A model generated the notes under the pieces. It saw nothing but the letters and a program-made list of their open reading frames with translations, had not been told where the DNA came from and did no database searches. A stretch of 64,000 nucleotides of DNA, taken from contig JBAZKA010000002.1 of NCBI GenBank assembly GCA_041651015.1, positions 6,163 through 70,162 of the forward strand, read 5' to 3'. This document shows, piece by piece, positions 10,012 through 18,572 of the stretch; the first letter of the stretch is position 1, and each line of letters starts with the position of its first letter. Both the position numbers and the translations under genes were made by a program. The DNA comes from Patescibacteria group bacterium. GTDB taxonomy: Bacteria > Patescibacteriota > Patescibacteriia > Magasanikbacterales > GWA2-37-8.

Positions 10012-11154
10012 ATGACCAGCACAAGAGAACAAAATGGCGGTTACTATGCAATTAAGGGTTTTACCTATCAATTTGATAAGTCTCTTTTAGAAATCCTTAA
10101 GAACCAAACGCAGGATGTCGAACTTGAACAAATTCAAGACATTGGGCTAAGCGATTACTATATTCAAGTTAAATACAAAGAAACTCAAAATTACGCCGAT
10201 TCAAAAATCAAACCAGCAGTGTTGCAATTATTAAAATGTTTTCTGGATGATAAAAATAAAAAATTCAAACTATATTGTTATTTTAAAGACAAATCGTCAC
10301 AGACAATCGCTTTAACCGATACCAAGCTTGATGAAATATTAGGTTCAGATAGTAGTGCTTACACGCAAAGTGATAAACAAGCTTTTGTGGGAAATTTCAC
10401 TTTGGAATTTTCAAGTAATTTTGAGAAGCAGTTTAGTGATCTTATAAAACTTATAAAAACCTGTTTTAGTTTAAAGACAGAGGAAGAGGCAACAACATAT
10501 CATGCAATATTTAAAGCAAATTTATTTGGTATAGCCATTAAAAAGAATCCAAAACAAAGAACAATAAATTATAAAAAACTAAAAGAAGTCGCTAACAGCA
10601 ACGAAAAAATAATATTTGATATAGCTTATTGTAAATATCTAAAGATGGAACGATATTTGAAGTATGTAAAAAAAGAGTATTTCACTTTCAAAAAAGTAAA
10701 TACTCCGAGCAAAGAAAGACTTTTTGTTGTTGAGATGGATAATTCAACAAGGGATGGAGATGCCATTCAAATCATAACAAATATAAAAAATCGATACTTC
10801 AAAAAGGATACATCCCCAGCTCCTTATGTTTGTTTATTTGGGATAGACAACGAAAGGATTGCTAATCTCAAACAAAAACTTTGGGACAAGGGGTTGATAT
10901 TTTCTGACGGCACACATTTTGATAGGGATAAATTTAGAATGACTGATCTTATTGCAGACACACATAATAACAATTGTGGTATAACATTTAAGCTTTTGTC
11001 ACTTGAACAATTACCTCTCTTTTTCAAAAAGAAACGACCCGATGAGACTTTTGTATTTTTAACATCTGGCGATGGAGAATGGCGAACAAAAGTTAAAGAA
11101 TTCAAAGAGTTTTATATTGGTCGCACAAAAAATATTACTAAAATAATTCAATAA
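10012..11154 (+). CDS. DUF4297-family PD-(D/E)xK nuclease of the DUF4297-HerA anti-phage system
   Basis: AIKGFTYQFDK...EQIQD...IQVKY N-terminal nuclease motif; adjacent to HerA. Confidence 0.8.
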   Translation: MTSTREQNGGYYAIKGFTYQFDKSLLEILKNQTQDVELEQIQDIGLSDYYIQVKYKETQNYADSKIKPAVLQLLKCFLDDKNKKFKLYCYFKDKSSQTIALTDTKLDEILGSDSSAYTQSDKQAFVGNFTLEFSSNFEKQFSDLIKLIKTCFSLKTEEEATTYHAIFKANLFGIAIKKNPKQRTINYKKLKEVANSNEKIIFDIAYCKYLKMERYLKYVKKEYFTFKKVNTPSKERLFVVEMDNSTRDGDAIQIITNIKNRYFKKDTSPAPYVCLFGIDNERIANLKQKLWDKGLIFSDGTHFDRDKFRMTDLIADTHNNNCGITFKLLSLEQLPLFFKKKRPDETFVFLTSGDGEWRTKVKEFKEFYIGRTKNITKIIQ

Positions 11155-11158
11155 ATTT

Positions 11159-12892
11159 ATGCCGGAAGTAAAAATTTCAGCTGAAGTTATCTCTGTCTTT
11201 CCAAACAAGGTTAGAATAGCAGTAAGCGATATTGAATCGTTTAAAATAGCTGGGGAACTCTTGGCGGTCGGCTCATATCTCAAAATTTTTGACAACAACG
11301 ACTGTTTTATTGTTGCAATAATAGAAAATTTCTCTATCGTGATGTCTGATCCAGATAAGGAAGGAAAAAGAGATAAGTCCTATATAGTCGAGGCTGTGCC
11401 TCTCGGATTTATCAATTCGAGTGGCGAATTTATTCGAGGTGGCAATAATATTGCAATTCCTCCAAAAACAGTCGAACCAGCTAAAAAAGAAGACATACAA
11501 AAAATATATGACGACATCAAAGATAAAGATCGATTTTGTTTCTCAAAATTAGCTCAAGACACCTCGATAACTGTTCCTGTTGATGGAAATAAATTTTTCA
11601 ATAAACACATCGCCATAGTTGGGTCTACAGGATCCGGTAAATCACATGCTTTGGCAAAAATAATTCAAGAGGCTATAAAAGAAAAAAATATTGGTTATAA
11701 TGGTTTAAATAATTCTCATATAATTATTTTCGACATTCACGATGAATATAAAACTGCGTTTTCTTCAGCCTCATACATTAACGTCGACCAATTAGTGCTC
11801 CCATATTGGCTTATGAACTCGGACGAACTCGAAGAATTGTTTTTAGAATCAGGTGATTTTAATAATTATAATCAAAGCTCAATCCTAAATAGGCTCGTCA
11901 CCGAGAATAAAAAATTAAATAACCCTGGCCAAAAAATCGAGTACGGTAGTCCAGTTGTATTCAAAATAAATGAAATTTTAAACTGTCTAGTTAACTTAAG
12001 CAAAGAGACAAAAAATTATAAAAATCAAGACGAAATTTCTATAAAGGGGGCCTCTAAAACTTTTAGTGGGGATAGTGAAAAATATAAATGTTATTTTGAA
12101 AAAATATTAGAATTTGAAGAACCGAAAGCGCAAAACTTTTCAAAAGGTAGTTTTGCGGATGGAAGTTTGGATAAATTTATCTCTAGATTAAAAAATAAAT
12201 ATTCTGACGCAAGGCTAAAATTTTTATTTGATCCTGCTGTAGAAAGTTTAAAATTTGAAGAAATTCTTCGTCAATTTATTTCTTACAAAACTGGCAAAGA
12301 ATCCAATGTCACAATAATTGATTTAAGTGGTGTCCCCTTTGAAGTATTAAGCATTACAGTATCCCTTATTTCAAGAATTTTGTTTGATTATGCTTATTTT
12401 TATAAAAAAACAAATACTTCATCAATTAACGAAACTCCATTATTGGTGGTATACGAAGAGGCGCATAAATATGTTCCAAAAAATCACTTGGCAAAATTCA
12501 ACGCATCGAGGTTTGCAATAGAGAGAATTGCAAAAGAAGGTAGAAAATATGGAATAACGTCTATAATTGTAAGCCAGAGGCCATCTGAAGTATCTGAAAC
12601 TATATTTTCACAGTGTAGCAATTTCATAGCGATGAGACTAACCAACCCAGAAGATCAAAATTATGTTCGTCGTCTTTTACCAGATACTCTTGGACCACTA
12701 ACAGAATCTTTACCAATACTCCAAGCTGGGGAGGCTCTATTAATTGGCGATTCTGTAGTTATGCCATCACTTGTAAAAATTGACCCATGCACAAATTCAC
12801 CATCATCAAATGATATTAAATATCTTGAAGAGTGGAAGAAAGAATGGAAAGATGTCGCGTTTGATCCAATAATTAAGAAGTGGCAAAAGTAA
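11159..12892 (+). CDS. herA: anti-phage HerA-family ATPase
   Basis: HIAIVGSTGSGKS Walker A, VYEEAHKY Walker B, IAKEGRKYG and SQRPSE; N-terminus AEVISVFPNKVRI as recalled for the DUF4297-associated HerA. Confidence 0.88.
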   Translation: MPEVKISAEVISVFPNKVRIAVSDIESFKIAGELLAVGSYLKIFDNNDCFIVAIIENFSIVMSDPDKEGKRDKSYIVEAVPLGFINSSGEFIRGGNNIAIPPKTVEPAKKEDIQKIYDDIKDKDRFCFSKLAQDTSITVPVDGNKFFNKHIAIVGSTGSGKSHALAKIIQEAIKEKNIGYNGLNNSHIIIFDIHDEYKTAFSSASYINVDQLVLPYWLMNSDELEELFLESGDFNNYNQSSILNRLVTENKKLNNPGQKIEYGSPVVFKINEILNCLVNLSKETKNYKNQDEISIKGASKTFSGDSEKYKCYFEKILEFEEPKAQNFSKGSFADGSLDKFISRLKNKYSDARLKFLFDPAVESLKFEEILRQFISYKTGKESNVTIIDLSGVPFEVLSITVSLISRILFDYAYFYKKTNTSSINETPLLVVYEEAHKYVPKNHLAKFNASRFAIERIAKEGRKYGITSIIVSQRPSEVSETIFSQCSNFIAMRLTNPEDQNYVRRLLPDTLGPLTESLPILQAGEALLIGDSVVMPSLVKIDPCTNSPSSNDIKYLEEWKKEWKDVAFDPIIKKWQK

Positions 12893-13091
12893 ATAAAACA
12901 AACAGACAAAAATTCCCTCCCCTTAAACCCCTTCCTTTTTGACTGTTTGTTTGAGAAGAAAGAAATAAGGAGTTTTGAATTTTGGGCATTCACCCCTGAC
13001 CCCTCTGCCCAAAATCCAAAACGGAAAAAGAAATTTTAAAATTTTTTAAAACAATTCCGACTGCTGTCGGAAAAAAGAAAAGGAATACATC

Positions 13092-13193
13092 AGCTAACAA
13101 CGAGTATCCGGTTACGGCTTTCCCCGAAAGCCTCCACCCAAATTTTTCTTTCGCTTCGCTTCAGAAAAACTTCGGATACTCGTAACGTTATAT
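13092..13193 (+). mobile_element. attC-like site 2
   Basis: AGCTAAC a ACGAGTATCCG ... CGGATACTCGT aac GTTATAT. Confidence 0.85.
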
Positions 13194-13330
13194 GACATAC
13201 ATGTTTTCCGTTGGGGCTGCCGCCCCGCTCTTAAAAAGAATCCGATTTCGTTTTTTGGTGATTGAGCGAGGGGAAATATAGTGTTTTCTTCGCTACGCTA
13301 CGAAAACCGAATTATTTAATAAAAAATATT

Positions 13331-14137
13331 ATGGCTGACAACTACTACGTTTACGTCTACATTGATCCTCGGAATTACGAGGAATTTTACTATGGAAAAG
13401 GCAAGGGCAACAGAAAAGTAGCGCACCTATATGATGAAAAAGACACAGAAAAAACTAAAATTATAAAAGCCATTCAAAAAGAGGGGCTTGAACCTATAAT
13501 TAAAGTGGTTGCAAAAGGATTATCAGAAAGTGATGCATTTTTAATCGAAAAAACTTTAATTTGGAAACTTGGAAAAAATTTATCAAATATTTCATCGGGT
13601 CATTTTTCAGATAAATTCAGGCCACATAATAGTTACCACCTTAATCTGAATAGTTTTGATTTTGCAAACGGAATTTTTTATGTAAATGTTGGCGAAGGCG
13701 AAACTCGGGCATGGAGAGATTGCCAAAATTTTGGCTTCTTGGCGGCTGGGCAAGGCACAAAGTGGAGCGAACCACTAAAAACATTGAATATCGGTGATAT
13801 TGTCGTGGCATACTTAAAACGAAAGGGATATGTCGGAATTGGTAGGGTAGTCGAAAAAGCCAAGCGGGTACTGGATTTTAAATTTGACGGAAAATCGCTA
13901 AAAACCCAAACTTTAGACAGCACCGATCTCTTTAAAAATTCAGATAATGAGAATACAGAATTTTTGGTCAAAATCGATTGGATTAAAAGCGTGCCGACAA
14001 ATGAAGCGAAGTGGAAAAATAATTCGGGACTATTTACAACACAATTAATTAAGGCATCACTTGAAAACCAGGTAAAAACAATTAATTTTTTAGAAAAAGA
14101 ATTCCATGTTAATTTTACGGACATAATGAACGATTGA
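13331..14137 (+). CDS. LEM-3-like GIY-YIG nuclease with C-terminal EVE/PUA-like domain
   Basis: YYVYVYIDPR..FYYGKGKGNR...AFLIEKTLI; C-terminal LNIGDIVVAYLKRKGYVGIGRV; start taken at ATG 13331. Confidence 0.7.
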   Translation: MADNYYVYVYIDPRNYEEFYYGKGKGNRKVAHLYDEKDTEKTKIIKAIQKEGLEPIIKVVAKGLSESDAFLIEKTLIWKLGKNLSNISSGHFSDKFRPHNSYHLNLNSFDFANGIFYVNVGEGETRAWRDCQNFGFLAAGQGTKWSEPLKTLNIGDIVVAYLKRKGYVGIGRVVEKAKRVLDFKFDGKSLKTQTLDSTDLFKNSDNENTEFLVKIDWIKSVPTNEAKWKNNSGLFTTQLIKASLENQVKTINFLEKEFHVNFTDIMND

Positions 14138-14289
14138 TATATTTTATAAAATTATTAATTCCGCTAATTTTCAATTCATACTCAAATATACATATTAGTA
14201 AATTTGATTATTGGATTAATTGAAGCCCTTGTTGATAACTTTTTGTTAATAGTATAAAAATGGCTAATTTTAGCCATTTTTATAACTAC

Positions 14290-14318
14290 TTGACATAATC
14301 AAAAAAATCATTTATAAT
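14290..14318 (+). promoter_or_regulatory. consensus sigma70 promoter internal to cassette 2
   Basis: TTGACA-17 nt-TATAAT. Confidence 0.8.
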
Positions 14319-14370
14319 ATCATTATTCCTACACAAGTAGTACTTCACACTAAATTAATTAATTTTTCTT

Positions 14371-15096
14371 ATGAATCAAGAAAATAAACAAATAACTCCA
14401 CCATATTTGAGCATGGCAAAACTTGCCAAATTAGTTGAAATCGTGAAATCAAGAAACATGACCCAGGTTAATCCTACTCATTTTATCACTCAAGGATTCA
14501 GTCAGGCAGATGCATACGTTGCAATAAACTCATTGCGCTTCCTGGGTCTAGTAGATGACAACAATAATACCACCGATTTATTTCGTAAATTTCAATTAGT
14601 AGGAGAACAGGGCAAAAAAGGCATGGAGGAAGTAATAAAATCTGCATACTCTAAATTATTTGAATCATTCGCTAATGGGAATCCATACGATGAAGGAAAT
14701 GAAGATAATTTAATAAATGATTTCATGATTCAATATGCTATATCAAAAAGAATCGCGGGACCAGCATCAAAAGCATTTGTTTGGTTGTGCGAACAAGCTG
14801 GACTCAGAGAACAATCCATAAAAATACAAGAAAGAAAAATCCGTGTTACATCAACAAAAAAATTGGCAGATAAAAGTAACAACAAAAACAAACCGCAAGC
14901 TGACACAAAAAATGAAAATCCTACTGGAGTAGCTCTCACTCTTAATGGTGGTATTATCATATCAATACCAACAACGGACATAAGAACATCACAAGCAATT
15001 GCATTGGGCGAACTTAAAAGCGCCGTCGAGGAACTTAATAAGTTTGCATTAAAATATATTGTGGAAACCGAAACTAAAAATAATGATGCTGTATAG
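14371..15096 (+). CDS. DUF5343-like (winged-helix-type) protein
   Basis: PPY..., AINSLRFLGLVDDNNNTTD, AYSKLF and FVWLCEQAG pattern. Confidence 0.55.
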   Translation: MNQENKQITPPYLSMAKLAKLVEIVKSRNMTQVNPTHFITQGFSQADAYVAINSLRFLGLVDDNNNTTDLFRKFQLVGEQGKKGMEEVIKSAYSKLFESFANGNPYDEGNEDNLINDFMIQYAISKRIAGPASKAFVWLCEQAGLREQSIKIQERKIRVTSTKKLADKSNNKNKPQADTKNENPTGVALTLNGGIIISIPTTDIRTSQAIALGELKSAVEELNKFALKYIVETETKNNDAV

Positions 15097-15111
15097 CAAA
15101 CTTACCATACT

Positions 15112-15732
15112 ATGAATATCTATCTTGACGAATCATACAATCTCCAAAAAAATAAAGGGAAAATGTTTATAAGCATCAACGGGTTTGCTGTCCTTGATGA
15201 TAAAGTACTCCGCAAACGCTGGAAAATCGTTCGAAAGGATTATTTAAAAATGAAACGACGTATTCACGCGACTGATTCACGCTTTGAGGATCTCCGTGGA
15301 AAAAGTATAAAAATGCTTGGACGTCACGATGTAAATATTCTTTCGATATTCCAACTGACGCAAGAAATATCTCATGACTACTTTGATACAAATGGCATAA
15401 GATTTGATACCGTGTACACTTCTCTTCTTAAAAAACTATTCACTGATTTATCTCTTGGTGAATACAAGCAAGCACGCATAGTTATGGACGCGAGAAAGCA
15501 TAAAGGCGGGATACTTGGGGAAATCATTTTCCAAAAAACTATCGAGGGATTTCTTTCTGATAAATTCCCTTCAACACGCTGTGTGTTAAAACTTACGCCA
15601 TCCTACGCAGACATTCTGATTGAACTTGCAGACTTTGTGTCCAACACATTTTACAAAGAATATCAGCAAGATTCGGAACACATATTCAAGAAACTTGGAT
15701 TTCGGTTGATACAAATCAAAAACCCGCTATAA
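15112..15732 (+). CDS. DUF3800-family protein (predicted RNase H-like fold)
   Basis: MNIYLDES, IVMD and LIELADFVS acidic motifs. Confidence 0.8.
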   Translation: MNIYLDESYNLQKNKGKMFISINGFAVLDDKVLRKRWKIVRKDYLKMKRRIHATDSRFEDLRGKSIKMLGRHDVNILSIFQLTQEISHDYFDTNGIRFDTVYTSLLKKLFTDLSLGEYKQARIVMDARKHKGGILGEIIFQKTIEGFLSDKFPSTRCVLKLTPSYADILIELADFVSNTFYKEYQQDSEHIFKKLGFRLIQIKNPL

Positions 15733-15835
15733 AAGCGGATTTCCGTAAGAGCCTTTTGGGAATGTCTTTGCTTCAACGAGATGTTCCTGAAAGAGAACGC
15801 CCTCCACAAAGCTTTACCCTAAGGACTTATCTTCT
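15718..15835 (-). ncRNA. putative ~120-nt structured small RNA convergent on the DUF3800 gene
   Basis: Own promoter (15842-15870), no ORF, long imperfect stem GUAAAGCUUUGUGGA/UCCCAAAAGGCUCUUAC, terminator AAUCCGCU..AGCGGGUUUUU overlapping the DUF3800 stop codon. Confidence 0.6.
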
Positions 15836-15841
15836 AAATAC

Positions 15842-15870
15842 ATTATAACATGAATAGCCGGTTTAGTCAA
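15842..15870 (-). promoter_or_regulatory. sigma70 promoter with extended -10 for the putative sRNA
   Basis: Minus strand TTGACT-17 nt-TATAAT, with TG at the extended -10 position. Confidence 0.75.
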
Positions 15871-16070
15871 TGTACTGTGGATAATTATTAACATTTTGGC
15901 TAATTCAAGCCAAAATTATAGTACACTGGAGACAAAAATTAATGTTTTTGGCCGCCGGGCATTCACCCCTTTTGTTCCCCTCTGCCCTGCGCCCAAAAGC
16001 GACAAAAAACGAAATCGGATTCTTTTTAAGAGCCATTTGAATTGACGAAATAACGGAAAACATGTACATC

Positions 16071-16161
16071 ATATAACAGCGTGTATGCGGCTACGGTTCC
16101 CCTATCGGCGAACCTCCGCCCATATCGCTAAGGCGACATCGCATACACGCGAACGTTGTAC
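16071..16161 (+). mobile_element. attC-like site 3
   Basis: ATATAAC a GCGTGTATGCG ... CGCATACACGC gaac GTTGTAC. Confidence 0.85.
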
Positions 16162-16207
16162 GAAATAAATTATTTACTAGCCCCACCAGCATTGAAGGGA
16201 GGTAACA

Positions 16208-16636
16208 ATGAAATGGTGGCGAAAAGTGGTAGAAATCTATCACAACATGTTCAATGTGAAGTTCGCTGTCCTTTCGGCCGCCTTTAATGGTCTGGTCGCA
16301 ATGATGGTGAACATGGCACACAGCCCCGAGCAGTACCTGATGGCAGGACTTGCACAGGCGGCCTCAAGCTTCCTGTCAACCGGAGTCACGGCAAGAGTGG
16401 TTCAACACTTTTCGCCCATTCGGTCCGCGCCAGTCTCGTACTTCTTCGGAAGCTTGGTGCCTGCAACCATGACGTTTGTGATGAGCTTGGCAGTTCACCT
16501 TTGGAACAACACTCCAGAGGTTCTGGCAAGTTGTGTGGCTCCGACGGTCATCAGCTACACGACCAGCTACATCACAAACTACATCACCCGGCGTGGCTAC
16601 ATGCTGCCCGGAAACTACAAGGAGGTGCAAAAATGA
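16208..16636 (+). CDS. cassette-borne membrane protein, hypothetical
   Basis: GGAGG RBS, about four hydrophobic segments, GC-richer than neighbours. Confidence 0.75.
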   Translation: MKWWRKVVEIYHNMFNVKFAVLSAAFNGLVAMMVNMAHSPEQYLMAGLAQAASSFLSTGVTARVVQHFSPIRSAPVSYFFGSLVPATMTFVMSLAVHLWNNTPEVLASCVAPTVISYTTSYITNYITRRGYMLPGNYKEVQK

Positions 16637-16708
16637 TCCCGCGTCAGCCTCCGAACAGGACTGACGCGGGACACTCACTCAATGAATGTGGGGCTAGTAA
16701 ATAATTTA

Positions 16709-16834
16709 GCCGATATGCGGTTCAAGAAAAAAGTATAAATATTTTCAGCGGATATTTTTTTCTCTCACCCATATTTCGCACACATCTAAATAATATGGAA
16801 TGTGCGAAACATCGCATATCGGCATACGTTATCT
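16709..16834 (+). mobile_element. attC-like site 4, left core (R'') missing
   Basis: GCCGATATGCG (16709-16719) / CGCATATCGGC (16813-16823) then GTTATCT; no ...AAC box before the left arm. Confidence 0.7.
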
Positions 16835-16864
16835 GAAATTAAATTTCTGGACTATAATAAAATT

Positions 16865-17443
16865 ATGGATTTACGCATTTACAACGAGGCTAAGCAATTT
16901 GTTTTTGACTCTTTCAATAAAGCCGAAAAACCTTCGCAGATAAAACATTTTGTCAAAACAGTGCATTGGTTAAAAATTCTGTCGCCTAATGCCGATGAGG
17001 CGTTGCTCGTAGCGGCGATTGCTCACGATATCGAAAGGGCTTTTCGACAAAAAGATGTTTTAGAAAAAAAGACTTCAGCGGGTTTTACAAGTATAGAATT
17101 TTATCGTCTGCATGAAGAGCGTGGCGCTGAAATTATTGCTGAATTTCTAAAACATAAAAACGTGGATGACGGCTTTGTTGAAAGAGTTAAAAAGTTGGTT
17201 TCTCGACATGAAGAAGGCGGTGATGATGATCAAAACCTACTAAAAGATGCTGATAGCGTTAGCTTCTTTGAAACCAACGTTCCATTTTTTCTCGATAAAA
17301 AATCATTGGAAATTGGCAAGGAAAAAGTTAGACTGAAATTTGATTGGATGTATAATAGAATAACATCCGAAAAAGCGAAACAAATTGCTCAGCCTATGTA
17401 TGAAAAAGCAATTAGTGATTTAAACAAGGGTCCGGAAATTTAA
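16865..17443 (+). CDS. DUF4202/HD-superfamily protein
   Basis: H...W...L.P.A.EAL.VAA.AHDIER, RHEEGG and LKDADSVSFF; start taken at ATG 16865, after the attC. Confidence 0.7.
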   Translation: MDLRIYNEAKQFVFDSFNKAEKPSQIKHFVKTVHWLKILSPNADEALLVAAIAHDIERAFRQKDVLEKKTSAGFTSIEFYRLHEERGAEIIAEFLKHKNVDDGFVERVKKLVSRHEEGGDDDQNLLKDADSVSFFETNVPFFLDKKSLEIGKEKVRLKFDWMYNRITSEKAKQIAQPMYEKAISDLNKGPEI

Positions 17444-17447
17444 CATC

Positions 17448-17519
17448 AGATAACACGCGATATCCAAAATTCGCCTTCGCTTCGCTACGGAAAACATCGC
17501 ATACACGCGTACGTTATTG
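17448..17519 (+). mobile_element. attC-like site 5 (imperfect)
   Basis: AGATAAC ACGCG ... CGCGT ac GTTATTG; TCAGATAAC complements the cassette start GTTATCTGA. Confidence 0.7.
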
Positions 17520-17543
17520 TAAAATTAGTTTAATTCAAACCAT

Positions 17544-17885
17544 ATGAAAAAAATAAACTGGACTCGCGTTATTTTCATCGTCGGTGTTATCGCCCTTTTA
17601 ATTGGCGCCATTGACCCCTTGGAGGGTTCGGTGATAATTGTAGCCGGTAGTGCGCTCATCGCGCTCGCGACATATTTAGCGCGCGACCGATACTGGAAAA
17701 TATTTTTCGCGTCTTTTGTATTGATTATAATGGGCGTGGCTCTTATGTTTTATATGTCGTCTCTCGGCGGTTTTGGCGGAGAATCTACTCTGTCTTGGGG
17801 GTGGGCCGCGCTTATGATTCCCTATCCGATCGGATGGCTGATGACCATAATTACGTTAATCGTCAAAGCTGTTAAAAAACAGTAA
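17544..17885 (+). CDS. four-TM membrane protein, last gene of the array
   Basis: 113-aa hydrophobic ORF (GAIDPLEGS) right after attC5; no attC visible downstream. Confidence 0.75.
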   Translation: MKKINWTRVIFIVGVIALLIGAIDPLEGSVIIVAGSALIALATYLARDRYWKIFFASFVLIIMGVALMFYMSSLGGFGGESTLSWGWAALMIPYPIGWLMTIITLIVKAVKKQ

Positions 17886-17956
17886 GTAATAAATAAAATT
17901 GCCAACTGATAAAATATCCGATACACTTAATTAACATTAAACATTAACTTAAAAAT

Positions 17957-18532
17957 ATGCCAACACTCAAGGGGACCAAAACCGAGCAAAATTTGCTCAA
18001 ATCATTTGCCGGGGAGTGCCAAGCCCGCACGCGCTATGATTTTTTCGCCAGCGTGGCCAAAAAAGAAGGCTTGGAACAAATCAGCGCCATGTTTGCCGAA
18101 ACCGCGCTTAATGAAAAAGAACACGCCAAAAGATTTTTTAAATTTTTGGAAGGCGGAGCCGTGGAAATTACGGCCGGATATCCGGCGGGAAAAATCGGCG
18201 ATACTTTGAACAATCTCAAAGCCTCGGCTGATGGCGAAAATGAAGAATGGACAAAATTATATCCGGAGTTTGCTCAAGTCGCCGAAGAAGAAGGTTTCGC
18301 GGAAATTGCCTTAGCCTATCGCGCCATTGCCAAAGTGGAACAGGCGCACGAAAATCGTTACCGAAAATTATACGAGAGCTTAGAAGCGGGTAAAGTATTT
18401 GTGAAAGACGGCAAGATGATTTGGAAATGCCGGAACTGCGGATATTTACACGAAGGCGATAAAGCGCCGGATGTGTGTCCGTCGTGTCTCCACCCGCAAG
18501 CTTACTTTGAACTTTGGTGCGAGAATTACTAA
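17957..18532 (+). CDS. rbr: rubrerythrin
   Basis: [18 protein letters not shown] and C-terminal WKCRNCG...CPSC rubredoxin domain. Confidence 0.95.
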   Translation: MPTLKGTKTEQNLLKSFAGECQARTRYDFFASVAKKEGLEQISAMFAETALNEKEHAKRFFKFLEGGAVEITAGYPAGKIGDTLNNLKASADGENEEWTKLYPEFAQVAEEEGFAEIALAYRAIAKVEQAHENRYRKLYESLEAGKVFVKDGKMIWKCRNCGYLHEGDKAPDVCPSCLHPQAYFELWCENY

Positions 18533-18541
18533 ATCTCAAAT

Positions 18542-18572
18542 AAAAAATACTCCGCGCAAGCGGAGTATTTTT
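18542..18572. terminator. bidirectional terminator
   Basis: AAAAATACTCCGC gcaa GCGGAGTATTTTT. Confidence 0.8.

Larger units (their letters stand above)
5275..17885 (+). mobile_element. integron-like gene cassette array with decayed integrase
   Basis: Five attC-like sites, all genes on +, start/end complementarity of individual cassettes, GTT at 5275 as candidate attI crossover. Confidence 0.8.

Noticed and set aside
10012-12892. DUF4297-HerA as a novel system
   Set aside because: Matches an already described anti-phage system; only its cassette context is notable
13262-13330. TTG-start extension of the GIY-YIG ORF
   Set aside because: Lies in the conserved non-coding cassette leader; ATG 13331 fits the domain start
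16802-16864. N-terminal extension of the DUF4202 ORF
   Set aside because: Runs through attC4; ATG 16865 is the plausible start
5350-17519. Palindromic sites as CRISPR repeats or plain terminators
   Set aside because: Spacing is 0.7-7.8 kb, sequences differ, no cas genes; they have AAC...GTT cores and lack U-tracts
17886-17956. A sixth attC after the last membrane gene
   Set aside because: No paired arms or GTT core visible
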